Positions 14,046-29,200 of a stretch of 64,000 bases of DNA are shown here, one piece after another. The notes below the pieces were generated by a model. The model did not search any database, had not been told where the DNA came from, and saw nothing but the letters and a program-made list of their open reading frames with translations. Made by a program: the position numbers and the translations under genes. Source of the DNA: Felis catus (Eukaryota). Where the stretch lies: positions 156,552,001 through 156,616,000 of the forward strand of contig NC_058368.1 in assembly GCF_018350175.1 (NCBI RefSeq). The letters are read 5' to 3'. Position 1 is the stretch's first letter; the number at the start of each line of letters is the position of its first letter.

Positions 14046-14220
14046 CACTTGTTTATTTTGAGAGAGACAGAGAGAGACGGTGAGGGGGGAAGAGAATCCC
14101 AAGTAGGTTCCGTGCTGTCTACACAGAGACTGATGTGGGGGTTGATCCCATGAACCATGAGATCATGACTTGAGCCAAAATCAAGAGTTGGACGCTTGAC
14201 TGAGCCACCCAGACACCCCC
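14046..14220 (-). mobile_element. Can-SINE (older, diverged)
   Basis: tttattttgagagagacagagag...gagatcatgacttgagcc...gactgagccacccagacacccc. Confidence 0.9.
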
Positions 14221-14639
14221 AATAATGTTTTATGATCAACTGTAACCAGGCCTTTGGGCAAATATCCCACTCCCACCGGAATCTGCTTTCCTTTCTAACC
14301 AGGGATACAAAGACATTAAACCTCTATGTAGTATTTTCCTCCCAGTTGAGTTTTTACATCTCCCAACACAAAAACTCAGGTTTATACAGCAGATGACTGA
14401 GGGTAGGGAGAGATAAGGCTAAACAACATAGGAAATGTTTTTTTGCTTTACTGGTAGTAATTGTAATGAAATGTAAAATAAGCATGAATAGGTTTCAGAA
14501 TGGAAGGATTAAGTTATACTCCCTTAAAAATAACAGAAGACATTTAAAAAAAATTTGTCCACCAAAGTCCCTCTCAGGCTGGGCGACCTAGGCCTCGTTA
14601 GGATGGCTATTCACTCTGCTCTACTGATGATGGGGTATC

Positions 14640-14855
14640 TGGGAAGCACTGAGGTGCAAACTCAAACAATGGGTTTGAATCTTGGCTCTAGCACTGTCTA
14701 ACTCTATGATCTCAGACAAATTTGCCTTTCAGAGCTTTGATTTTCTTTCCATGAAATGCTAAAATAATAGCACCTTCCTTAAAAGATGATTATAAAGATC
14801 ACATGATGACATTTGCACACTGCCAGGCATGTAATATATGCTCAATAAATATTCA
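14640..14855 (+). mobile_element. MIR SINE
   Basis: gggtttgaatcttggctctagcact...aaaataatagcaccttcc...gctcaataaatatt. Confidence 0.75.
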
Positions 14856-17255
14856 TTCTCCCTAATTGAAAGAAACTAATTCACACATCAAATTCTAGGA
14901 CTTTATATATCCTCGATTCAGTATTTAATTATGTCCTCTGGTAATAATTAGAGATCTAGAGTAATGACCTCAGGCTAAGCACTAGAAACATGGCTGCATC
15001 TGACCACCACAGGGGACACAAAGCCAAGTCCTTTGAATCAATCTTGTATCACCATAAATGAACCCCATATGCTAAAACTGGATTTGGTTCAAAGTGACAC
15101 CTACCTTAAACTCAAATAATGTAGCTAGGGAACCCCCCCCCCCGCCCATTCTTCAACCCTCAGGGGTATTCTTGAAGCTATCTATAAATTCATCTGAGAA
15201 TGGAAAAAACATTTGAGAGAGAACCTCCCTCAAGATTACAAATGGTATTAACAGGAAAATAGGACAAAATTGCAAAGCCTGGAGTATATGGAGAGGAAGA
15301 GAGATGACAAGTAACATGCTCTTCTCTCCTTTCTCACTCCTTAGTTGCAACACTACAGGCCTGGCAAGAGGAGTGTGAGAAAAGAACTGTGCCTGGATCT
15401 TCTAAGAGAAGAACTCACAGTGTGCAAAGAGATTTTGGCCTCACTAGAACCGGATGATTGGGGCTTTTAGTCTCCGGGGACGCTCTGGATTTCTGATGGC
15501 TCTCATCCTTTCCCTTTAACTCCTTTGTTGCCTATTTTTTATTTTGTGATAGGAAAGGTCAACACCTGGGATGGTCATGGCTTACTATCCATGTGCTATT
15601 GAGCAAATGATTTAAACTCCTTGGACTCAGTTTCTATTTCCGAAATAAAGGGTACTTTCACAGGACTCAAATATTCCTGTAAAAACAAAATAGTGTAACA
15701 TTTGTAATATAACCTAGATAACCATGCCTCCCAATTTCTAGAAAGGCAGGATTGTTACGTGAAAGGTAGCTAGACTTGCTTTGAAATTGAATTGGAATAT
15801 TAAACAAGATGTTTTTGGTGAGCATCTATGTTGATTTGAGGTGGATTTTTATGTGTGTGTGGGAGATTGTTGATGGAGAGCTCTACTCTCAGGTATTGCC
15901 ATTTCTGTAAAACATCTCAGTACCGGGTGCACAGTAGGTGCTCAATATGGTGAGTATCCTTGATATCTGAGTACCGCAGGACACAGTCAAGCATAAAGCT
16001 GGCTGTTTGGCGTGCATCTTAGGCTTAAAGGAGAGAAGTAGATGGGTGCTTCTTTTGTCCCAAAGTTGCCAGCCCAGTTAACCAGGGAATAAAGCCAAGG
16101 CCTCAAGGACACATCTCTGGGGCAGAAAGCTACCACCGAAAATAGAACAACGGTGTTCTCAAGAAAGTACTTAGGTTGGCCACCGCATATAAAAGGGGGG
16201 CAAAAGGGAACTTAAGCCACACATCTATGGTGGGTCACAAAGATCGGCACTCAGATTAGAAAAACGCTTAGGATCGAACTTTTTCCATTAAGAATAGCTG
16301 ACAAATGAGGCTGATTTTCTATGCTGTTGCTACTCACCATTTTATAGTGGCACAACTCGCAACCCAAACACTGTGGAATTACATTCAGTATAGGTTTGTT
16401 TATCAGTTCTTCTACCCTATCCATTTTTCAGCAGCTGATTAGTCTCCCTGGGATGTAGACACGTCTCTGATCAAGAGCTGCTTGACTCTTTTCCATCCTT
16501 ACACGTGCATCCCTATATCCACATTACTTATAATAAATGTGCTCCTATGTACATATATAAACACATTTGTATGCATATATGTTCCCAATGCTGTATTCAA
16601 AGACACATCCCGAACGGATGTATATACGTGCTCATATACATATAGGAATCCAACTGGATTCCCAGAGGGAAATGTGGAACACATTGTTAAAACGTCTGTC
16701 ATCCATGTAAGAGAAACAGAAATGAGCTGGGCATTAAATTTGCATACAGCCCCGAGCACAGAGGTTCCTGTATGTGCACCGTTCTCCTGTTCTTGATGAT
16801 GGGCATATCTGACAGAAAGATTCTGTCAGGATTAGCTCAGGAAAAACACCCCCAAGGAGATAATTTGAAGACATACTGAGAATTTGCCTCAATACATGAA
16901 AATAAACATGAAATCCTCAGCACTCTCTGCACATTGAGAAGTTCCCACCAACACCCTGCTGCACACCGGGGGATAATCTACTGGAGCTAATTAACACACA
17001 GTCATACACAACGCTGTTAGAAGTGGTTGCCACTTAGGATTGATTTAGTTGCTGCAATGCTTAAAAGAGGCTCGAGAAGGTTTTTGTGTAAATGTGGGAG
17101 GAAAGGAGAGGAAATAAAAGTGTAAAAACAGCTGCAAAATTAAAAGGTGCTAAGGTCTTTTTTCTCCCCCTGAAGACATTAGGGAAACTTATTGAGAAAC
17201 TATTAGTATTCCAGTAAAGCTTTTTACTTGATTTTAGGTTTCCTTCCACGTCAAA

Positions 17256-17258
<3 letters not shown>

Positions 17259-17294
<36 letters not shown>
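17259..17294. repeat. (AC)n microsatellite
   Basis: Read directly. Confidence 0.97.
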
Positions 17295-17297
<3 letters not shown>

Positions 17298-17399
17298 CAG
17301 TGCACAGTCTATAGATTGTGGTTATGAAAAAGGGGATGTTTTACTTTACAAGCAAACAAGTTCTCCATTAAATGCTAACATATGGATTGTGTCATCTAA

Positions 17400-17400
<1 letters not shown>

Positions 17401-17430
<30 letters not shown>
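17401..17430. repeat. (AAC)10 microsatellite
   Basis: aacaacaac... read directly. Confidence 0.95.
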
Positions 17431-18660
17431 CACCACCTTTCCTCTCCATGTCTGCTTCTCACTTTATCTTTCTGGATTTATGGAGATTTTCAGCAACTTT
17501 ATTAATTAGCAGTGAGTTTTGGGAAAAATCATCAAGGAATAAAGGGCCACAAACAATTTATTCCTTGCACTATGAAAATGACAGGACAAATCTAAGTACT
17601 TGAAAATGTTCTTCCTCAAAGTCAATGTTACGAATGCTATCTTATGAATGAACATCTCTCATCATCATGATAGTGAAATATCACAACTGAGTATATACAG
17701 AAGTTTTAGTAACCTGCTTTTCATTGCTGAAACATAATAGAAATAATATAGAAAAGGCCATTAGTGTAAACCGCTAAGTCAGGCTTTATGAAAATTTAGA
17801 GAGTTGCAATTGGTTTTTTGCCCTGATAAAAGAGTTTACTAAAGAAAATTAAAGTAACATAAAAAGGATTTCCGGGGAGAGAGTATTTCCTTTGGATTTA
17901 ACAAGGTACTTTTTATTTTAGTTGTATTGTTTATATCCCAAATAGCTAGGAACCATTCTTGATTCTAATTCTATTTGGCTATATTTTGCTTCCTGTTAGC
18001 TGAGGTACGATTTATTAAAGATAATAAGAACTATGACAAAAAATTCTGTAAATATATTTTTCCATTAGGTTAGACTAGCCTAAAAATAAAAAAAACTCAA
18101 CAACAATGTTCTCACATGCAGTATCTACTATGTACAAAGCCCTTTACCACATCTTGAGTAGAACAGAGAGACCAATGCAACCACTCCTTCGTCCTTTAGA
18201 GGGTAACCCCAGGAGGGAAGCCAGACACCACCCCAGAGACCTAGAGCAAACAGGAGATAACTGACGGCGGCTATGCGGTGTGTTTGGTTGTGATACGTGG
18301 GTGAGCGTTTACACAAGCCTATGTGCGGCGATCAGCTTATTATGTCTGCCACGACAAAGGGCAAGGCCTCTGCCAGCGTGGTCCCAAAGTTGGTATGAAG
18401 CAGTGGGGTGGGAATTTATGTAAGAAAGGAGGTCAGAATGGTTAGTGACGTTTTATTTTCAGTATCTTTCAAAATGCCAACAAATTGTTAACAGTGGTGT
18501 TGAGACCATGAATTGTTCCTCCTTAAATGAGCTGTACGGTGGTTTACGTAGAAAATAAAAGCATCAACAAAACATTCAATACTAAAGCTGAAGTTACACA
18601 AGTTTACAACGGTTCTGTCAAGTAAGCGACTGCTTTGAACTGGTTAAAATACTAGATAAA

Positions 18661-18869
18661 GGGGCGCCTGGGTGGCTCAGTCGGTTAAGTGTCCGACTTC
18701 AGCTCAGGTCACGATCTCGCAGTCCGTGAGTTCGAGCCCCGCGTCGGGCTCTGGGCTGACGGCTCAGAGCCTGGAGCCTGCTTCCGATTCTGTGTCTCCC
18801 TCTCTCTCTGCCCCTCCCCTGCTCATGCTCTGTCTCTCTCTGTCTCAAAAATAAATAAAACCATTAAAA
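18661..18869 (+). mobile_element. Full-length SINEC_Fc-type Can-SINE with perfect 15-bp TSD
   Basis: Head ggggcgcctgggtggctcagtcggttaag (A box), gttcgagccc (B box), CT tract, A tail. TSD aaaatactagataaa at 18646-18660 and 18870-18884. Confidence 0.97.
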
Positions 18870-19745
18870 AAAATACTAGATAAAAATTCATGGGCTCAGA
18901 GAATTTGCAGTGTGGGGCAAGCACATGTGAATGAGGCAAACAGACTGATTACTAGATGCAAAGGTTGTGTCCTTGCAAACATAAAGAGGTTTTTCTTGTT
19001 TTTGTTTTGTGCGAGGTCTCCAAATTTTAGCCAAAAAACATTAGCTGGATGCAGTTACTCAGTCTACTCTAAATAGAACAGACACTAAGTACCCAAAAGG
19101 ACCAGGAAAGATCAGCCTCCTATGTTTCGCCTCATTCTCCTTCTTGGAGTTCCCCCATTAACACCAACACCAAGTAATGCTGGGAACAGACAAGGCTTTT
19201 GTTCATCATTCTTTAAAAGAAAGAGTTGGAAAGCTCAGGGAAAAATTTTAAATATTTGAACAAACATGGACATTTCGTTTTTATTCCTTTCATTAGTTTA
19301 TTTCTACAGCTACACTCATCTACTCCAAGAACACTAGAGCCCTACAGATGCCACTTCAAGAGCCTGCTTTTCCTTCCGGATTTAAGGTGGCAGAAAGGCA
19401 GGCAGGAGACACAGAAAGAGAAAGATGGATTGAAAAGTGTCAGGATGTCAGTCTCAATGAAATCCTGGCAGCTTCCCAAGTGCCAGTTGTAGGAACGTTT
19501 TTCTGAACCTCCCTCACTGACTTTCACTTTATATTTTCACTTTATATTGATAAAAAGAAATGAATCTTTACCATTTTCCTCCCTCCTTCTCCAGCAATTT
19601 CTGGTTTCTTTCTTCGGTCTTCTGAAACACCGGCACCTTTCTTCTCCTGACGTAGTTCTTCCTTTCTCAATGTATTCTATATCCTTTCATGGAAACAACC
19701 CAGTTGGATTGTATAGCCTGACTTCACGTTAAAATAATGTGAGCT

Positions 19746-19947
19746 GGGGCATCCGGGAGGCTGAGTCAGTTAAGCGTATGCCTTCGGCTCAGGTCATGAT
19801 CTCACGTTCGTGAGCTTGAGCCCCACATCGGGCTATCTACTGTCAGTGCAGGGACTGCTTCAGATCCTCTGTCCTCCTCTCTCTCTGCCCCTGCCTCATT
19901 CACATTCTCTCTCCCTCTCTTAAAAAAATTAAATTAAAAAAGTAAAT
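19746..19947 (+). mobile_element. Can-SINE (older) with near-perfect TSD
   Basis: Head ggggcatccgggaggctgagtcagttaag. TSD aaaataa(t/c)gtgag at 19731-19743 and 19948-19960. Confidence 0.92.
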
Positions 19948-20109
19948 AAAATAACGTGAGGAGAGTTGGATTTTACTCATCTTACCCGGGCCTTACGTGA
20001 GACCAGTTAGACCGGAATCATTGAAAGGCAGAAACTGGTGTGTGTGGGTGTATGTTTTACTACAGCCCTGATGATTTTAACAAGCACCCAACAGAGTGGA
20101 TTGCAGATG

Positions 20110-20297
20110 ATTAGTTCACAAAGTGAGGACCCTGGATCAGCATGATTGGCATCACCTGTAAACTTGTTAAAAATGCAAATACTTGCACCCTACCTTACGC
20201 TAATCTATCAGAAACCTTGGGATCTGGGCTCAGATTTCTGTGTTTTTAAGAACCTTCCAGCTGATTCTGAAACATGCCAAAATTTGGAAGCCTATGT
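20110..20297. mobile_element. MER5A-like hAT-Charlie MITE (second, internally deleted copy at ~20345-20475)
   Basis: caaagtgaggaccctggatcagc...catcacctgtaaacttgttaaaaatgcaaat...aagaaccttccagctgattctg resembles MER5A. Confidence 0.75.
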
Positions 20298-23200
20298 GCT
20301 AGATCACTGACATTTTAATTGTCTAAGTTAAGACTTTTAGCAAAGTCTTATTTAAAGTGTGGTCCCTGACCGGCAACATCAGGATCACCTAAGAGCTCTA
20401 CCCTTGGCTTACTGAGGTTTTTAATAAGATCCCCAGGTGATGTATATGTAGATCAAAGGCTGAGAAGCGCTGTTCTAAGAACTTATTCAAAATTCCTTGG
20501 ACCTTGCCAAATAGCTGGCTGTTACAATCTTATTAATACATGTAATAATTATCCATTTCTCAAAAATGGAACCCATTTATCCTTTAGCTATTAAAAGGCA
20601 GAGTTGCTTTTCCTATGTGGTGCCAGGTCTAAGTCTTTTTCTATATTTCTATTTTTGTTCTAAAGGTAATTTTGCATCTCTGGAGAAAATGGAGAAAAGT
20701 CTTATGCCAGAACAATAAAATGGATACATCTCAGAACTAAGGAAAAGATCAAGAAGTAAAAAATCAAAATTCCTGATGTTTTCCTTGGTTCTGAGATGTA
20801 TCCATTTTATTCCTCTGGAAACGGGATCTCTGAGGTTTCACAGAGAACAAGGATGGATTCTTTGCTTTGCGTCTACTCCCAAACACAGGAAAGGATCTCC
20901 GGAGGTGAAAAAAAACCACACACAAAAAACTTTATTGACCATAACCACTCCTATATATATGTATACATACATATGCAAATTAGAGGGAGAGGGAAATGTC
21001 ATCTCCAGCAAGTCAAGTTCATCACCCTCTGAGGGTCAGGCTCTGGTGTGAGGATGGCCCAGATTTCTCTATAACAGAGAGAGCTCTGTTGCTTCTTGTG
21101 ATTATTCTGAAGCATTACTTTGTGAGAACCGAGGTAATGGCAAAAGGTCACAAACCCACCTGCTTGAGCACCTGTTTTTCCACTCTTCTTCTTTCATTTG
21201 CAACTTCAGCCTTATTTAGTTCAGATAAGAACCGATCCCTTGAAACTGCAGGTCCTTCCCTGTTTGGTATCCTAGCCTGAGCCTTGATTTGGAAGGGGTG
21301 GTGAACAGGTGGAGAAAAGGGCTGTCACATGATCTACATTTGTAGCTAATAAGAAGAACATTTTCAGAGTTGAAAAGAGCAGACTAAAGAATAATGATTT
21401 TAAACTATTTCTGAATCTGATTAAAACCATCGTGCAAGTCAACTACATTCTTTTACTACAGAATATGTCATTGAATCTTATCATCAGAAAGTCTGAAAAA
21501 ATTAAGAAAGATTCAAAATCAAATGTGTAACATTAAGAAGTGAAGAAGCCTCCTTGCAACATTAACGTTAGTTGTCCAGTGTGACCAGTCTGTTCAAAAC
21601 TTCTTAGTCACTTAGTTACTTCTTCCTGAGCTTCCCCACCCCCAGCCCTGGGGGTTACCCTGTGAGAAAATGACTTCTCTATCTAACCACTTATTGTGAA
21701 TATTTGTTGTGAACCAGCTGCAGCTCTAATAACCACTGATCCATGGAATCGAAGGTTACTCTCCACAAACAATAAGCTCTCCTTGTTCCTGCAACTGCAC
21801 TCTGTAACCTTTGCAAGTATTATAAAAAGTAGGCACCATGGATCCCAATGCAATTACAGCCACAAGTTTCTTATGATCAGATTAATTTCAAGCTTCAGTA
21901 AAGTAGTTAAAGGTTTATCAACAAAGGTGATAACTGATGACATACAATTGCTCAGACGATGGGGTAGTTTTTCTGCAAAATAAACTAGCTGCACTGTGTT
22001 GCCAATTTGGTCAACAGGTAAAACTAAAAATGCTGATGGTTTGAGGTATGTCGACATCATGGTGACAATCAAAGGTTCGTTTCTTTCCCACATAAATATA
22101 ATTTTCCATTTTAAGAAATAACATCACTCAGAATTTTGTTCAAAGGGTCCCTGAACTAAATAAATCAAGCTCCATTCTCTAAAATCCAAATGAGTTCCTT
22201 GGTAGCAAAGGAACACAGGAATGAGTGTTTATAACATGTATTTTTTTGACCACCACAAAAACGTCATGGACTTAGACATTCACAGGTGTGATTTATTACC
22301 TCGAAGTAAAATATACTAATAAGATTTTAGTGTAATTAAAATCCATTTCCCTCCTCAACAAAATAAGACTTTAAGAAAATATAGAACCAGTCAGGCTCTA
22401 ACCACTTGTGACTCCTGATCTAGAACAGAGCCTGGACACTTAGTGGGCACTCAGTCAGTGTGAGGGAGGAAGGAAGGAAGGAAGGCAGGCAGGAAGGAGA
22501 GAACATCAAAATGGGAGAAATACCCCCGCTAAGAAAAGAGAATTATGTCTCTGAAATAAAAGTTATACTTCTAAAAATATCATGTACTATTTTCAACCCA
22601 TGAATTAGAAATAAAGGTGCGTTTTGGTATGAAACACATGCTCTGCAACTGTTTGAATTAATACATGCTGTCAATTATTCCAAAAAAAAAAAAAAAAAAA
22701 ACAACTGAGAAGAGAGGAAGGCAGTGATCTTCGTTTTCACTTAAGAAATATATACACGGTGGCATTTTGTTGTATTAGTTTAAAAATAACAAGTACAATA
22801 ATGCCAGTCCTTCTGGCTTTTAACTGTTTTTAACAGAAATAAGATAAAACGGGTCTAAACTGGTGAAGGTTCTGAGATGCTAACAGCAATCGTCTTGCTG
22901 CTTGTGAGAGTGCCTGACTCCTAGAAGCACTTTTTTGTAATATTGCTACACAGTCCTAAAATATTACTGTATATTTTAGAAGACTTGTGTATTTCTTTTT
23001 TTATTTGAAGGGCTGTATGGGAAACAAAGCATTATGTTTCAGACAAGAGTCCTTATGATTTTCAAGATCCCAGGTTATGCACTCAGCCATTCAGCTGTCT
23101 CCCACCTACATGGGGTCACAATGCTAAGAAAAGTCACCTCTGAGCAAAATTGTGAACTTCAAGGCCAAACAACCGCATAAATAATCTGTAGGCCACAGAC

Positions 23201-26200
23201 CATCATCAAAGTCTGGAATTTATGCAAATAGTGCTGCTTACATTTAACAGATCTGTAATGGTGTAAGCTTTTCCAGCCTAAATAAATGAGAAAGTGGAGA
23301 GCTTTTATGGTGCAAGATTGCTACCTAGAGGCCAAACTGCAGAATAACATACAAAACAATTAGGGTGGGGGGGGGGGGGAAGAGGCAAACAGTAGTTTAT
23401 CAGGGCAATGTAAATTATATACTGATAATGAGAGAAACCCAGGAGAATGTAAAGATTGTATAATACACACTGGATGTGTATTGGCAGTTTTTGTTATAAA
23501 ACCATAATCCAGTTTTAGAGCTTTTATTATTTCCCACTTCTTTCTTTTGAAGGGTTCTTTACCTCCTGAAAAACGTAGTGTTTTTCTGCGGGGCAAATAT
23601 ATTCTGTCTCAATAATGTATTCTAATACCTCCGCACGTATATTGAATATATATATAGGGATTCTATGTAGAATCTGTATTGATAATTGTAATTGTTTTTG
23701 GTAGAGTAATCAATTACAAAATTTGGAGTAAGTTTCTATGGCTTGAACAAAACTCTTAAGGCAGTGGTGGCTGGGGGAAAGGACAGGTTATACTACATTC
23801 TCCCTGACTCTAGATAGTTTTTATAATTCATTTATTCAAAACTATCTACTTCCAATATTTAGAGTAATTTAAAGATTATGTATATTTTTAAACTGTATTT
23901 CTTCTTTAAGAAAATACCAAATACTTTGGTTATGAAGCTCAGATGGTAGTTCATCTTACAGTAAAGCAATCTGATTTCCACTGACAAAAAAATGTGATTA
24001 ACACTGAATTCCCAGTAATTTATTTACCAGCCACAGTTTTTGAAATATTGAGGGTGATTTTTAAAATACAGGTCTTTGAAACTATAAGACAAGTTATTAG
24101 AAATGCATTTTTCCTTCAACCATAAAGAAATTCCAACTCTAAAGAGAGTAGGTTTCAAAAGTGAATAATATATTATGGTTAAAACACATCAACAATCTGT
24201 CACACCATATGTACAAATAAACATATCCTATCATCACTGCACATGCCATAAATGAGGCCAGGGAAACATCTGAAAAGGTAGAGCAAATTCTTCCTCGTAC
24301 TCTTATAATCACTAAACAACATTGTCAACATTTTCCAAGATATGCATAGAGGAAAGCTATGCTAAGCTATAATACTATTTATATAGTTCAAACATTCTGC
24401 TTGCCCATCTGATGAAGAGGTTCCGCACATTCTTAATTTTAAGCTCTATTTAGAACATATTCAGTTTGAGGAAGGAAAGAATACTATTCTTTATAATTGG
24501 ATTTTGGTTTTGAATAATGAAATATTAATTATAATCTATCCTTGAAATATTTAGGAGTAAGAATCTTAGGTGAAATGTGATTAATTCAAGAGTTCAAATA
24601 TAACAGAATCATAAAAGAAAAATCATTGTAGAGTAACAAATATGCTAGTTTATTCTAACTTGTAGCCAACTGCATATAGTTCATCATTTCCCCCAACTAA
24701 AGTATGGATTTTAAGCAATTAGATGGTGTAGTAAACATGTGTGATAGAATCCATAACTTTAGAAGGCAGAGTGGTGAAGGCATTAGACTACAGGTGGGTA
24801 TTCCCCCCTAGTATTAGTGTCTCCTGAGGAGCAAATGTTTTATATATGGTGCTTAACTGTATATAATCATAATATAATTATGCAATGATTAAATGATCTC
24901 AATTTTATTTTAATCAAGTAGGTAATATTTTTATTAGAAATAGTTTTCTATAATTACATTACTCAGGAGAAATTTTAATAAAGATTGAGGGTAAACCATA
25001 TAACTTCTAAAAGCAAATTCATAATAAATTTTCTGTGAAATTAATATTTAATTTACCTAACGGTATTTCTCCTCATATAGTTCTCCAGAAATTGGGTTGT
25101 TACTTTTGCAATTGATTTATACTTTGTCAGTCAGTATAATGGTGAACAGAATTAGTGAGAATGTTCAGGATGTGTGAGAGAATTATTAATTAAAGGGAAG
25201 AAAAAGTTTTTAATTCTTCCCTCTTAGGCAAAATGGATTTTCAAGTCCTTATTATTATTTACCTGAGGTAAATAAATTCATATGTAGAGCTCTAATTCTA
25301 CCATAACATAATTACAAACCATAATAAAGGGTAAAAATTTTCCTATTGCCTTTAAGAAGGCTTTAGGAACAAAATATAAAGCTGAATAATAAAAATTACA
25401 TTATGGTTGGTGGATACTTATCCTAAGGCTATTTATCAAAATCAACTCAACTTATTGATCATAAGAAATAGTGCCATTATTCTGTTGGTGTAATTGTAAT
25501 GCTCATAACGAGGTAGCCTACTATGTTTGTGTACCATTTGAACACGGATTGTGTATCAGAAAAATTGTCCATACAAGCAACAAAACTATTTTTCCTTAGC
25601 TCACAGAACTGTATTCACTTTTTTCTTATTTGTGCATTTTCACTGTTCTCATGCTAGACATGAATGAGTCCTAAAACTAAATTCGCATTATCAATATGAA
25701 TTCTAGACCCATCAGGTCTCTTTCTAGCTGAGGGGATGTTACTTTTATCTTTGCTACATTCTCTGCAGAACTTATTGGTAACATACTTTCAGAAATGCCA
25801 GCCAATAAACGACACTAAAATAATTTTCTTTATAAAAGCACAGTGATCTTTGGCACCATTCACTATTTTCAAAGCCAGAAAAGAACAGATAACAAATATA
25901 TGACTCACAAATTATCAATTATGAAAAATAATCTGGTTCGGAAAGCTGCACTAATGTAAAAAGATGGATTACTTGTCACAAACCAATAAAGGCTATTGTT
26001 TGTGAATCCGATATTTGATTTTATCGTTTATGTTAGGCAACTTAAAATGATTTTTAAACCACATTACTTTTTGAAAAAAAAAATTTATAAAGGTGAACAC
26101 AGGGGTTGGGGGGAGAAGAAACCAGATGTGTAATCTGTCATCCTTGAAACAATTTGTACTCTTACATTGACTCCAGCCTGCAAATTTAAATCGCAAAGAC

Positions 26201-29200
26201 CTGGTCAGCAAGGATGGATGTATTAGAAAGGGCCCTACCATGTTCCAGAGAATGGACAGCAGCAGGAACATTAGTATGACTTTGATTCTATTTTTCTTTT
26301 TAATACGCCATTCTGATGGCAAAAACTTTGCAGCTATGATGCTTTGTTATGCAGAGAAGTTTAAACCCTGTGATTTCAAAGGTAAGTGTGGTTACACTTC
26401 TCACGAGGGTACTGGCCTTTGCCTATTTTGTATTACACAGAAAAAAGCACAGTGAGGCTACCAAGCTCAGAAAACCTTTATGACCGATTCTCTTCCAGAT
26501 TGTTTCATATTTGTAATTTTACAATGAAGACAGAGGTACAATTCTCACCAACCGTGGAGAACATTCTTGGGAGCGGCCAGGGCCAGAAATTTCCTACATG
26601 GTGTTACCTGGGCACCACTTCAGTGCTCTCTCTGCTCTCTGATAAGCCAACTACAACCTTTTACACATGCTTGTGAATTAGGACTTGGATATCTAAGATA
26701 ATCAGAATATTTTGTCCACAAGGCCAGTAATAAAATGTGCATATGTTATCTACAGGCGGCTCACTCCCACCCCTAGATAACAGGCTTGATCATCAGATGA
26801 TACAGGGCACAGATGGGTTTCAGTGACATAAAATATGGCAGACACAGGTAGAGGGTAGCAGGGACCATAATACAGATAGTCAGGAGTAATCCCAAGATTA
26901 TGATGTGCTCGGATGGGTATCTGGTGGGAAGACTGAAAAATGGTGAAGGAAGGGATGGGTTTAAGGGTAGAAAGGGGTTCACATCCTAGAGACATTACTG
27001 CACAATGAGGCTTTACCATAGACTTCTTCCCGCTCCTCACTCAGTGAAAAAATACTAGAAATCTTGAAATAAACAGAAAAAGGAAGAGACCAAGGGCCTG
27101 CTTATAAGCCAAAACATAGTTTAAAAAAAAAAAAATAAGTATTAAACCCTGAATCAACCTCTAACAGCTTGTTTCAGGTGAAGGTCATGAATTTTGCTTG
27201 AAGTGGGGCTCATGAGTGTTCCTGGATATCTTCCTACTTGGACTCTGTAAAGAAGTGAAATGAGGTTGGGGGATGGACGTAATTGAGTAACTTATTCAAT
27301 TATGGCAACTGCTCCTAATGAAGACCTATTACAACTAAGTTTTTAATAGAAAATGTGCTAATTGACTAGGTTGGAGCTCAGAACAAGCATATGGCTAAGA
27401 TGTTTGATTACCTAGTCTGGTTCCATGTCAGTGATCAACTATAACACTGTAAAAATGAGTGTTTCTATGACAACTACCAAGCTTGCTGACTAAGGAGTGG
27501 GTGACCAACTTGACGGATGAGTTTCTCCAAATAATATATGATCCATTATTCCCCCACTATTTAACCTAGAGGCTCATCAGCTGAAGCATGCTTTCTCTTG
27601 TCCCTTACTCAAAACATTCATCCTGCTTTCAGCCGTGGCAAAGCTTAAATCAGACTCTTATGTGAAGAATATTGCATAGGATTTCTTTTTTAATTGGAAA
27701 GGGCATATATAGCTATGAATCCAATCTCTTCAGAAAAGTGAAGCAAGTCAACACACTCCGACTAGTTCTGAGTCTAACATTCAACCTCATGAGGAGTGAT
27801 TGTAATAATTTTGGAAGTTTCTGGATAGGGGCAGTCTCTAAGTCAAAGAGAGCCTGTACAGCAGCTTTCAGGAGATGGGTAATTCATCACCCACAATTTT
27901 AGACAAAAACTTTCTTTTCCAATGTCATTCTAAACTAAAATTCAAAACAGGTGTTTGATGCTAAGGCTGTAACCAAATTATTCCCCCTTATAACCTGCAA
28001 CTCTGATAAGACTTCCCTCGGAAATATAATGGTTACATAGCCCTTGTACGGCTTTAACAAACCCCTATTTTCTTCTTTCTGCACCATACAATGTGCAGTC
28101 TATTTGCACCCATTCAGGACTAAATTACAGATAAAGTTACAGCAAATTTGTTTTCTCAAAAAAGCAGTCAGCCCTAATATCCCTTGAGTAATAAAAGCCT
28201 TGTCTTTCATTCAGAACTAGAACTGGCATAATTTTCTCCAAGAAACAAACTCTACTTCCTGCGACAATGGACCTGTTCTTAAAATTCTGAATGGGGTGCA
28301 GCTCAATTTGCAGGTGTTCAGGTATAAAGGTAAAAGGGCATTTGACCCCCCAACTGGCAATTGGTGCTGTGGTAGGTAACTTCAGTCTCCTAGTTATATC
28401 ATTCTATTAGATAAGCTGCCAGAGTTTTCAGCTCTGAATTACAGAGGTAGGCTCAAGTGAATCAATAATTTATACAGATATATCTCATTCGTTCTGATGG
28501 TATAAAGATACATACTAACAGCCTGCTGCAGCCACAGAACAAAGCCAGGGAGACATTATTTAAAAAGAAAGACAGAAAAAGAAACCCATTTATCTATGTG
28601 AGCGAAAACATTACGTAATAATGACCTAATGGCTTATTAATATTATTTTTCAACCGTTTACACAAATGCTGTGATGAGATAAATCAGCTCTTTATGAATA
28701 TCAATAAGGCGAATGTTGAACTAACATTTAAAACTTTTGGATTGACTTTAAAACAGAGTGGTATTTTACATGGCAGTACAATAGAAATCATTCGAAAGAT
28801 TGGTGCACCTGAGAAGTTTACATTCGCTAGCTTAACTAAATCCTTCAAATATTTTATTACTGAATTTCAGTATAAAATTACTCTCTAAAAGATGAGGATC
28901 AAGTACGTTTAGGGACTGTACACTAAGAGTATTGTTAATATAGCCTTATGCTGTTAATCATTACCTGGGGAAAATTACATAGTGTTTTATTCACTAATAC
29001 TGTGACATTTTTATTAACTCATAATCCCTGTGCTAACAGTGGTGCATTAAACAAGTTATATTAAGAGGGCAGCAAATATTAAAAATGCCTATTTAAAATT
29101 CTTCAATCATGTTAAAGGGAATCCTCTAACACATGGGCTCCTCTAAAGGAAAGCAGTACCAAAAACACTGTGGTTATAATATAAATTAATAATCAATAGC

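Noticed and set aside
18661..18745. tRNA-like A and B boxes
   Set aside because: These are the tRNA-derived heads of Can-SINEs, not tRNA genes.
25255..25275. 21-bp AT-rich palindrome ttatttacct-g-aggtaaataa
   Set aside because: Ten-bp AT-rich arms are plausible by chance in a window of this size and composition.
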